Shown piece after piece: positions 12,368 to 24,300 of a DNA stretch of 64,000 nucleotides. Below the pieces are notes generated by a model. It was not told where the DNA came from. It ran no database searches and saw nothing but the letters and a program-made list of their open reading frames with translations. Every line of letters starts with the position of its first letter. Position 1 is the first letter of the stretch. The position numbers and the translations under genes were made by a program. The stretch is from Tubiluchus corallicola (lineage: Eukaryota; Animalia; Priapulida), in contig JAQGDQ010000312.1 in NCBI GenBank assembly GCA_030141605.1, forward strand, positions 83,445 through 147,444, written 5' to 3'.

Positions 12368-15300
12368 GTATAAGCTCTTTTCAGCTACGGCAACGGCTAA
12401 CGGACGCAAAGAAATTTGTTGAATACAGCAAGCAGTCGTCCACGTGGCTTAACACTACTCCTACAAGCAATTGTGATGTCATGGTGACCTTCCCTCGGAA
12501 TACGGAGGACCACGTCTTCATGTGGCTACTGGCGAGACTCCGATTTCGGACGCCCGAGCTCTGTGTTCACGTCCGTCACCATAGCAACACCGGAGCATTT
12601 GCATTTTACCTCACAGTGAATCAGGAAAAGTAAGAAAATATATCAAACAATTTTGATAAAGAAAGAAATTTGTTTGCATGCATTTCGTCTTTCTAAGGCC
12701 AATTTCACACAGAGGATGCGAGGAAAACCAGGTACGAAATTGGTGTCTGAAAATCACATAATTTTAGGCTTCTTCGTGACAAGTGATGCGGGAGAAAATT
12801 GTTGCCGCAAGGGCATTTTTTACGCACGTTTACCTGGTTCCAACATTCAGTGCTTCTACAGGTGGCAACTTGTACTAATTATAATTAACGGGTTTAAAGC
12901 AAAACTGGACCCAATCTCAAACTGTAAGTCAAAACAAGACTGTTTAAAACATTGAAAGGAAACATATTATTTTGTAAAGAATGTAGTAAAAGAATTATTA
13001 CTACAAGAATGCAATTTCGCATTCCCGCCACTAGTTCTTCCCTATTTACATGCATTTCGCTGTACTTCAATTTTTGCTTTCACATTGTCCAGTCCATTTA
13101 TGGTCCTCACAGCTGGGAAAATAGCCATGCTAAATATTAAGCTGTACAGGAAACATTGCATTGGCGTGCTTGGCGGCCTTCGCTTGTTGTTGCCTTTGGC
13201 CACCTTGTGGTGATTTTTGGCCTAATCACGTGATCAATTTGATCTGGGTCAGAGGCCTACTGTGAAGTGAAATTGTGTCATGATAAGTTATAAGATATTG
13301 TCGTTATCTGTTTACAATTGCTCATGATTTGGGGCTAATAACGTATGTATATCCTGTAATTACTTTGAAAAAACTTAAATTTAGTTTAAAATAACAGCTA
13401 GGTATTAATTAATACAACAATGCAGTGTATAACTCTTAATTATGTAAAATTGACTTTTGGCTATTATTATTTTTTGTTATTTTTGGCACTAACTTCGTAT
13501 GTTTAGATGGAGTGACATGTTCCGGCAAATAGAGAACAAAGAAAGAGCAAAATTTAATCGAGCTTCGAATTTGGTTTTTGAAAGCCCAAATATTAAGCTA
13601 TGCGTTCTTTACTCATATTAAACTATTTTTCTTGTTCATAACAGACAATCAGTGACGGATTCACCATATCAGTAATACTTTATTGGTGTAATTTGGTGGT
13701 TAATTTACTGCTGATTGGTCAAACTGCTATGTGTAGTAGTAGTAGTGGCAGTGGCAGTGGTAGTGGCAGTGGCAGTGGTAATAGTAGTAGTCTAATCGCA
13801 GCCATGATCTTTATGCAGTCGGTTTTATAGTCTTTTGAAGGGCGCAGAGGTTCTCCGATTTAGGAAGAGATTGAAAGCCGAGTTTGGTGGAGGATTGAAG
13901 ACATTCTCTCTCCGGGAACAGGCGTCTTTTGAAGGTTAATTTAAAACTATTTTCGGCATGATCCAGAAAATGTTGACTTAAAGGAAAAAAATTTGTTTTT
14001 AATCAGTCATATTGGTTGGCCTTAACAATAGATTTTTAAACCATTGTTTATTAAAGTTCTGACTTACCACAGTTTAAAATCTCTTGTTAATGCCAGGTGA
14101 TCTGATTAATTGGTTAACTTAATTGATTAGTTTGCTATTGCAGAAAGGTGCTAAAATGTGCTTTTATGGTAAGCATCTGACAGTACCTCTGAAATTGTCT
14201 TTGAGTTAATCCTGCAGGCAGTTTTGATAACGATGGCAGAGTAGTACAGTGCTTGGCTGCAGCAATCTGGAGACTACTAGCAGGAGTATTCAAACTACTA
14301 GCAGGAGTATTCAGACAACTAGCAGGAGTGTTCAGACTACTAGCAGTAGTATTCAGACTAATAGCAGTAGTATTCAGACTACTAGCAGTAGTATTCAGAC
14401 TGCTAGCAGTAGTATTCAGACAACTGGCAGGATTATTCAGACTACTAGCAGGAGTATTCAGACTACTAGCAATAGTATTCAGACTACTAGCACGAGTGTT
14501 CAGACTACTAGCAGTAGTATTCAGACTGCTAGCACGAGTATTCAGACTGCTAGCACGAGTATTCAGACTACTAGCACGAGTATTCAGACTACTAGCACGA
14601 GTATTCAGACTACTAGCAGTAGTATTCAGACTGCTAGCATGAGTATTCCGACTACTAGCAGTAGTATTCAGACTACTAGCGGGAGTATTCAGACTACTAG
14701 CGGGAGTATTCATACTACTAGCACTAGTATTCAGACTACTAGCTGGAGTATTCAGACTACTAGCACTAGTATTCAGACTACTAGCAGTAGTATTCAGACT
14801 ACTAGCAGTAGTATTCAGACTGCTAGCATGAGTATTCAGACTACTAGCACTAGTATTCAGACTACTAGCCGGAGTATTCAGACTACTAGCACTAGTATTC
14901 AGACTACTAGCACTAGTATTCGACTACTAACAGGAGTATTCAGACTACTAGCGGGAGTATTCAGACTACTAGCACTAGTATTCAGACTACTAGCAGGGGT
15001 ATTTTCTTTGTTTAAGTCCCTGACTCAACAACAGCTATTCGCAGCAATAAATTATCGACAAACAAGTTTTGCGCAAGAGAAGCAAATGAACCCTTAGCAT
15101 TTCTGTTGATTCGCACATTTCTGTTGTTATAACACAATACAGTAAACTCTGCATAACTCAAGTCCAACCGAACCGAAAAAGCTTTGAGCTAGGTGATGTT
15201 GACCATTTTCCAGCATAGAAAATGATAATTGCTCGTTAACTGTGCAGGTATAGAAGATGCTAGCAGTTTCTTCACCAGTCAACAAAGGCAAGCCATTACT

Positions 15301-18300
15301 CTCACTTTACTGCACAATCTGCGAGCCATTGATGGTGACGAGCTTAAAAACTACAAATTCCGTGCAGGAGAAACTATTGGTAAATTCTTAATCATTTCTG
15401 CGGAGGGTCCAGTTAAGCCGTGAAACCTAATGAAGTTTGGCATTCCTTTTTTTATACGAGTTGGTTTACAGTTTATGTTCGTTTCACGTGTGTATTTGAA
15501 ACAGTTGCTTTATTAAAGCACAAGAAAACCCGCCGCTTACATAAAGCTTAAAAAATTCCTCTCGAAATTTATACCACTTACATAGTACCTTTTTGTATTC
15601 ATGGCTTGCACCGGCAGTAACGCTGTATAAAACTTGTAAATTTAAACTCTCGCAATGACCGTTAGGCGGAGCCATTTTAATGGTAGGTCGTTTGAAACAA
15701 CTTTAGATAACATTGTATGAAGTTTAAAAAAATAATCAGAGCATTCGTAGCGCACAAGTCACTAACTAAATAAAATTTTAAATTACCGTACCCTGGAGGG
15801 TTCGCCAGCAACATTTTACCAATTGGCATGAATATTCTAAATTATTATTTCTTAGTTTTACATAAGCCTTTCCAGCAGATAAGCGAAAGACTAAGTAACA
15901 TAGCTTTGCGTGGAAAGCTTTTGGAGCATAATTTAACATTTCCTTTTCTTCCCCTGATTTACGTTTGCGTAGGTGACATCACGTAATGGCGTGGTCGGAA
16001 CAGTTTTGCGGGAGATTCAAAATAAAAACAAACAAAAATTTCTTTCAACTCGAGTACGATATATGCATAAAATTGTTGTAAAGCATTATAATTTTTGGGG
16101 CAATTTTGTGAAACCTACTTCAGGTACCCCTTTTTCTTGCCCGTTAATATTGCCAAGAATTGGTAATTTCAGAAACTGCATTATGAACAAAAAATCAAAG
16201 TTATAAGAATGCTTTTGTAATATTATGCGCGATAATATTACAGCGTTTCGCTTGTTTATTTCGAAATTTGTGAACACATAACTAATAGAGCGTGCCTCTA
16301 AACCTTTCAGATTTTGCGTTTTTCGTTGCAAGCAGTTTAGGTTGTCTGTTCACGTGCGTTTAATCTGAACATATTATCTATGTGTCATGTTGATATCTGT
16401 TATATATCAATTACTTTATATTCTTAGCAATTTGCTCATTTTTGTGCATCTGATGCATAAAATCAATATCGTACAGTCAACCTCGGGTATAAGGTGTTCA
16501 CTTATAAGGGACCACCATCACTGGTCCCGATTTTTCATAAGGTTTTTCCTTATAAATATCGTATATAAGGTACTCGGATATAAGGGACTTCCGGCTATAA
16601 GGGACGATATCTTCAGGTCCTGCGTAGTAGTAACCCAGGTAAATTACCTCGCATGTAAGGGAGCCTATGATCAAAGGGAAATTGATCGAATTTTAACCTC
16701 AATTTTTCGCAAACTCGGCCTTCGAACAGCTCTGAAGAGAGCTTCCTACATACTGTTTACACTGAATGTGTAGCAATAATCCACAAAAATATGTGTAAAA
16801 GTACAGAAAAGTACAAGTCGAGATACACCCTCGGTCTGATTCAACTTGGCTATAATAGACATCGGATATAAGGGACGGTTTCTTCCGGTCCGGCGGTGTC
16901 CCTTATATCTGAGGTTGGCTGTACATACAATCATATTACAATAGCATTTTTCACATCAATTTGTAGGGATTATTTCATTTTACTGATAATTTTATGTGTT
17001 TCTGTAGTTCCAAGATGTATATCTAATGGGATAATAACAGATGTAGTGCCTCTTCATTGCCCGGATACTCTCCGGAAACTCCGGAAGACTTGGGTGCAAG
17101 CTTTCTGGAGAAAACAACCATTGGGTACGTTTCTTTCATTGGCCTAGAGGCATTATTTCTTTTAAAGAAATGGACAGAAGTTATGTTTAATTATTTTTGC
17201 ATTGCATTTAGTTATATAATTTAAGAAGCTTCAAAATAACTAGGCTTAAACTGGAAGGTAGGTAATGCTGTGATCGGTCAGTGAATGGATGGGTGGATCA
17301 TCTGTGTTCAATACTCCCTCTATGAAGTCTCAGTCACCGTACTGATTCTGGCTGTTCACCTCATAAATGGAGCCTCTGCTTTATCTTGGTTGTTTAATCA
17401 GGTAGAGACTGGTCCTGCCACAGCCTGTTTGCATTAATTTGGCCCAACCAACGGGTCCTGGATTTTAGCTTTCGGTGTGTCAAGCACATTACACGAATAA
17501 GAACAACAAACCTCGGCGAAACAGACCTTTTTATAAGTTACTTTGCAAGCAAGTAACAATGGATGAACCTAATTGTGCAGCATCACAGCAAAACAGACTT
17601 CTTTATAGGTTACTTTGCAAGCAATGTGTGGTACTGTTATGCGAGGTAAATGTTATTTAATACAAGCTTTGATTAAAAAAAAATTGTAGTTTTCAGTATT
17701 TCAGAGCATATTTTATTTTGAACTAATGACTACACAATCATCCGCTTTTCTGTTAAGCTTGTAACCAGAACAGAAACAACATTGAATTCGAGCCAAGAAT
17801 GTTACGGTCACCATAGTAACGACTCTCTACGTTGTTTTATCGTACTAAAGCATTACATTGTAGTCCAGCTCTTTACGTTTTAACGCAAAAAGTACATCGC
17901 TTTAATTTCTACTATTTTGGTAACTAATTGGTAGTATTGTTTTATTGTTTATTGTACAAATGTCTAATGTTTTGTTTCAGATGATATCTGTGATTATTTT
18001 GGGGTAAAAATAGGAACGTACTTCGCCTGGCTGGGCCATTACACGTTAGCCATGACAGTACCGGCCGTGGTTGGCATCGTATTCTGGAATATAATGCACT
18101 ATAACCAGGTAAGTGGAATTACTGTAATTTCATCAGGTCACATCATGCTATATATTTTAAAAGGCTTGTCGAATTAAAGGAAGATAGGATGATTTCTCAT
18201 ATACTACCCCATTTTCAAATCCGATAAAAGGTATACATTTAACGCAATCTACTCTTTAAAATATTGAAAGGAATTATAATTAGTAGGTTTGATCAATAGA

Positions 18301-21300
18301 TCTATTAATTTTTAGAGTCACCATTAAACATTTTACATTTCCAGATTGCACAAAAACAGGTGCTGTACCTTTTACATTTTACATTTCCATAGTGTAGCTA
18401 TATATGTAGCAAGTAAGTAAATATTTTATTCTCATAAAAAAGTTTCCATTCTCCATAGCTACTTTACAATAGTATAAATTTACAACAGTATAATATACAA
18501 CATGCAAAATTCAAAGCAAAACCGGACCCAATCTTAAACTGTAGGTCAAAACAATCTACTCTTTAAAATATTGAAAGGAAACATACATACTATTTTTTCA
18601 AAAATGACTTACGTGAAAGAATTATTACCACACAAACACAATTTCACTAGTTCTTCGCTGTTACATGCAGTTGTTACACTAGTTAGACGGGCACTAGCGC
18701 CTGCATTTCGGAAACCCATTGCACAAAAACAGGTGCTGTACCTCTCAGTTCAGATGTGTTAGTTTCTGATGTAGTACATATGTTCAACAGTTCGTGCGTG
18801 AGCACAATGGTAAATTTGAAATTTGAATTTTTATCTTTAAACGTGCCGATTTTTATCACAACACACCAAATATGTTACAGTAGCAGTATACTTCAATTTT
18901 CGCTTTCGCAAACATGTGCAACACGCTCATAGAATATTCTTGCTGTTAAAAATTATTTGGTGAAAAATGGCGTCATCTGGTTACCGTGCAATATAAACTG
19001 TTATTCTGCCAAGTGCTTAAGCAATCTTTTTTGACTTATACAGCGTGCCTACTGTATGCTCGCAAGTTTACATGTGTATCTGAAAGTCAACAAAAGTCTG
19101 TAAATTAATTACATTTACACAATTAATGTATATTACTTACACATTTTACGGTATAATCCTGTGTGTTAAAGCTATGTAACCACTTTAATCGTGGTCATAA
19201 TTGATTAAGTGACCAATTTTTACATAAACACAGTTAAATACAACACTAGAATAACTGAACTCCTAGGCAAACTGTTGAAAGTTCTCAACGCGTACCTTCA
19301 TCATAGCTTGCCTTCACGGGCATTCATGCTGCCCAGGCGACTCCAGTTTACATCATTTTTTTCAAACATGCCGGCAGCGACGTTCATTTTGGCGGGAGAT
19401 AAAAAAATATTTAAATTTCTTTTACATTTTTAAACAAAGCATTCTATGCGCACATACTGTGTGGGGATTTTAATATTTTTAATTGTAATTTAAAATGCAA
19501 TAAATGTTGTTCGACCGTTGGTTAATATCCTTGGTCCTAAATTGTCCTTTAATGGTCAATATTTGTATGCAAGACGATTTTCGACAGTTTGCCAATGTAG
19601 TCATAGAAACACTATCAACAGATGTTAATACCACTGAATGCTTTATTGTAACATAATCAGCACACAAATGTCTCACATATCCCATGAAGTAAATAAACCT
19701 GACTGTTCAGAGCACAGGTGAGTGAAACAGACAGGTGACTAGCAGTTAACAAAACCGAAAAACTGGCCAAAACCAAAAGCTTACATTCCTGCCACAGATG
19801 GCGCCTCGTGCACGAATTTCTAAGTAAGATTAACAAAAAAAAAGCTAAGTCTGCTTCATCTAATAAGGCAACATACATACATTAAATGAAAATAAAATTA
19901 ATGTATTAAACAATATTTTAATAAATTAATGTATTAAGCAATATTTTAATAAATTAATGTATTAAGCAATATTTTAATAAATTAATGTATTAAATTATAT
20001 TTTAATAAATTAATGTATATCATTGTGCTTTTATGTATTAATTGCAGGTCTTACTTTTTCTTTATACTTGAAGATTTTTACATACATTACTTGTAGGCAG
20101 TGCTGAAATGCAGTGAAATTCTTATTATTATTAATATTGTTACAACAGATCTGTTTGGACATTTCGCAATCTTTTTTCTAGGTTGTTGAAGACACTTGCT
20201 TTGTGGTATTTGCTTTTATCAATGTCTTATGGGCTACCGTGTACTTAGATACGTGGAAACGACGGTGTACGGAACTCGCCTACAAGTGGGGAACTTTAGA
20301 CAAAGAACCTGATCTCTTAGCCGAACCGAGGCCGCTTTTCAAGGTAATGTGTGAAATTTCTGTTTGACGTTTCGGTAAGTGTTCTCGATGGCTCCCGATT
20401 TTTATTGCTTTTTCTCAGGTAACGTCTAACATTTCGTTTTAATGATTAATTACACTATTAATTAGTTTCTCTTGTACTGCACGTAATTCTGTAATGTTCT
20501 GTACTTTTGCAAAGAAGCCATTACTAACCAATAATAGATTGTCAGATTGGCGCACGTCTCTATAATTTTATAAGTTTCTGCATTACCTAATCATCATTTT
20601 GATTACTTTAATAATTTTTTACTCATTCAGTTTGATTGTCTATTTGTCTATTTAACTGTGGGGAATTGTATCTGTTTATTGTTCCATTTGCTCCATTTGG
20701 TTCCTTCATTTATTCTATTTGGTTCCCTTATTTGCTCCATTTGGTTCCTTCATTTATTCTATTTGGTTCCCTTATTTGCTCCATTTGGTTCCTTTATTTA
20801 TTCTATTTGGTTCCCTTATTTGCTCCATTTGGTTCCTTCATTTATTCTATTTGGTTCCTTTATTTGCTCCATTTGGTTCCTTCATTTATTCTATTTGGTT
20901 CCCTTATTTGCTCCATTTGGTTCCTTCATTTATTCTATTTGGTTCCCTTATTTGCTCCATTTGGTTCCTTCATTTATTCTATTTGGTTCCCTTATTTGCT
21001 CCATTTGATTGCTTCATTTGCTCCATTTGGTTCCTTCATTTGCTCCATTTGGTTCCTTCATTTGCTCCATTTGATTCCTTCATTTGCTCCATCTGGTTCC
21101 TTCATTTGCTCCATTTGGTTCCTTCATTTGCTCCATTTGATTGCTTCATTTGCTCCATTTGGTTCCTTCATTTGCTCCATTTGGTTCCTTCATTTGCTCC
21201 ATTTGATTCCTTCATTTGCTCCATTTGGTTGTGTCATTTGCTCAATTTGGTTGCTTCATTTGGTTCCTTCATTTGCTCCATTTGGTTCCTTCATTTGCTC

Positions 21301-24300
21301 CATTTGGTTCCTTCATTTGCTTCATTTGGTTCCTTCATTTGCTCCATTTGGTTCCTTCATTTGCTCAATTTGGTTCCTTCATTTGCTCCATTTGGTTCCT
21401 TCATTTGCTCCATTTGGTTCCTTCATTTGCTCCATTTGGTTCCTTCATTTGCTCCATTTGACTCCTTCATTTGCTCCATTTGACTCCTTCATTTGCTCCA
21501 TTTGGTTGTTTCATTTGCTCCCTTTGATTCCTTCATTTGCTCCATTTGCTCCCTTTGATTCCTTCATTTATTCTATTTGGTTCCCTTATTTGCTCCATTT
21601 GGTTGTTTCATTTGCTCCATTTGGTTCCTTCATTTGCTTCATTTGGTTCCTTCATTTGCTCCATTTGATTGCTTAATTTGGTTCCTTCATTTGCTTCATT
21701 TGGTTCCTTCATTTGCTTCATTTGGTTCCTTCATTTGCTTCATTTGGTTCCTTCATTTGCTCCATTTGATTCCTTCATTTGCTCCATTTGGTTGTGTCAT
21801 TTGCTCAATTTGGTTGCTTCATTTGCTCCATTTGGTTCCTTCATTTGCTCCATTTGGTTCCTTCATTTGCTCCATTTGGTTCCTTCATTTGCTTCATTTG
21901 GTTCCTTCATTTGCTCCATTTGGTTCTTTCATTTGCTCAATTTGGTTCCTTCATTTGCTCCATTTGGTTGCTTCATTTGCTCCATTTGATTCCTTCATTT
22001 GCTCCATTTGGTTCCTTCATTTATTCTATTTGGTTCCCTTATTTGCTCCATTTGGTTGTTTCATTTGCTCCATTTGGTTGTTTCATTTGCTCCCTTTGAT
22101 TCCTTCATTTGCTCCCTTTGATTCCTTCATTTTTTTGGTTTTTTGTTTTGGTTTTTGTATTTGGTTCCTTCTTTGCTCATTTGGTTCCTTCATTTGCTCT
22201 TTGGTTTTTTGTTTTGTTCCTTCATTTGCTCATTTGGTTCCTTCATTTGCTCCATTTGGTTCCTTCATTTGCTCTATTTGGTTCCCTTATTTGCTCCATT
22301 TGGTTGTTTCATTTGCTCCATTTGGTTGTTTCATTTGCTCCCTTTGATTCCTTCATTTGCTCCATTTGGTTCCTTCATTTGCTCCATTTGGTTCCTTCAT
22401 TTGCTCCATTTGGTTCCTTCATTTGCTCCATTTGGTTCCTTCATTTCCTCTAGTTGGTTCCTTCATTTGCTCCATTTGATTCCTTCATTTGCTCCATTTG
22501 GTTCCCTTATTTGCTCCATTTGGTTCCTTCATTTGCTCCATTTGGTTCCTTCATTTGCTCCATTTGATTCCTTCATTTGCTCCATTTGGTTGTTATTTGC
22601 TCTTTGTTCTTCATTTGCTCCTTTGTTCCTTCATTTGCTCCTTTGTTCCTTCATTTTTCATTTGGTTCCCTTATTTGCTCCATTTGGTTGTTCATTTGCT
22701 CCATTTGGTTCCTTCATTTGCTTCATTTGGTTCCTTCATTTGCTCCATTTGATTGCTTAATTTGGTTCCTTCATTTGCTTCATTTGGTTCCTTCATTTGC
22801 TCCATTTGATTCCTTCATTTGCTTCATTTGGTTCCTTCATTTGCTCCATTTGATTGCTTAATTTGTTTTTTTCATTTATTAGCTCCATTTGATTGATTAA
22901 TTTGGTTGTTTCTTTAGGTTGCTCCATTTCCTAAACATTCTGCTCCGTCATGCTTAGTAAAAAGTCAATGTTTTAACAGGGTGATTTAGAAGTAAATCCC
23001 ATTACGCAAAGGCTGGAACCTGTCTATCCGAATTGGAAGCGGAACGTGTTTCGTTACTGCGTCACTTTGCCGACGGTCTTGCTCTGTTTGGGATTCGTTG
23101 TTCTTTCCATGTTTACAATATTCGAGCTTCAGGAATGGTGCAATAAGAAAGTAAGTATAGGGTGTCCTAAAATGGTGCAATAAGAAAGTAAGTACAGGGT
23201 GTCCTGAAATGCTGCAATAAGAAAGTAAGTACAGGGTGTCCTGAAATGGTGCAATAAGAAAGTAAGTACATGGTTTCCCGAAATGGTGAAATAAGAAAGT
23301 AAGTACAGGGTGTCCTGAAATGGTGCAATAAGAACGTAAGTACATGGTGTCCTGAAATGGTGCAATAAGAAAGTAAGTATAGGGTGTCTTGAAGTGGTGC
23401 AATAAGAAAGTAAGTACAGGGGCCCAGAAGTGATTGACCACATGTGCTTCTCTTTGTGAAAGAAATATAGAAAAGCAAGAGATCAAAAAAAGCTGTCATT
23501 AAAAGAAGAAAAAGAAATTTTACTGTTTGTCCCAAAAACCTATTTAAAAGAAATATGTGATTGTAAAGGAAAATTTTTAATAATTTAAAATATTCCTGCC
23601 AACTGGGTAAAATGTCACTGTTTACTATCCCAGTGTGCACTATTAGCTCACCAGTAATGTATTATCAGTCTTACTGACAATATAAAGTAATTTAACCTTT
23701 TGCTTGCTGAAAAGTGGTACTACGAATGCTCTGATTATTTTTTCAAACTTTACGCAATGTTATCTAAGCTTGTTTCAAATGACGTGTAACGGTCATCGCG
23801 GGTGTTTTTAAATTTGCAAGTTTTACACAGCATTACTGCTAACGCAGCCTCTGTATGCAATAAGACAGCACTGTAACTGATACAAAATTTCAAGATAAAT
23901 TTTTAAACGTTATTTATGAAGAGTGTTTTGTTGAGCTTCAAGACGTAAGTAATGTTACTGATGTGTTTCCTCAGGTAGAAGAAAATGACGTAGTCCACTG
24001 GGTTACCTATTTACCTAAGATACTCCTTGCTGTCGTCATCAGCATCTCGGATGATGTTTATAAACGCATTGCTCTCTGGCTAAATGACAAAGGTGAGTTA
24101 TCATGAAAGTTTTACTTCAGTGCAAGTATACGCATGTGCTTGTAATCCAAAACGACTCATAAAGTTCAAAATACATTGTGATGCTTCAAAGTAGAATGGA
24201 TTAAAAATTGTGCCAAATATCAATTTTTTGTTTTTTTTACAAAAACAAGTGCTAAATGTATTGGACTTCCATGCATGTGACTGGGCAGGAATGCATTCCA

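Noticed and set aside
10805-13140. Short ORFs of 60-100 aa recurring with similar peptides (KGNILF, HKHNFT)
   Set aside because: Chance translations of the dispersed TTAA-flanked non-autonomous element, with no conserved frame among copies.
14135-15097. Thr/Ser-rich mucin- or antifreeze-like ORF (TTSSSIQ)n
   Set aside because: Intronic 21-bp minisatellite with internal 1-bp slips and non-ATG starts; the flanking ANO8 exons join in phase without it.
20636-22861. Many hydrophobic ORFs resembling membrane proteins
   Set aside because: The 22-bp unit cycles through frames and lacks stop codons by composition.
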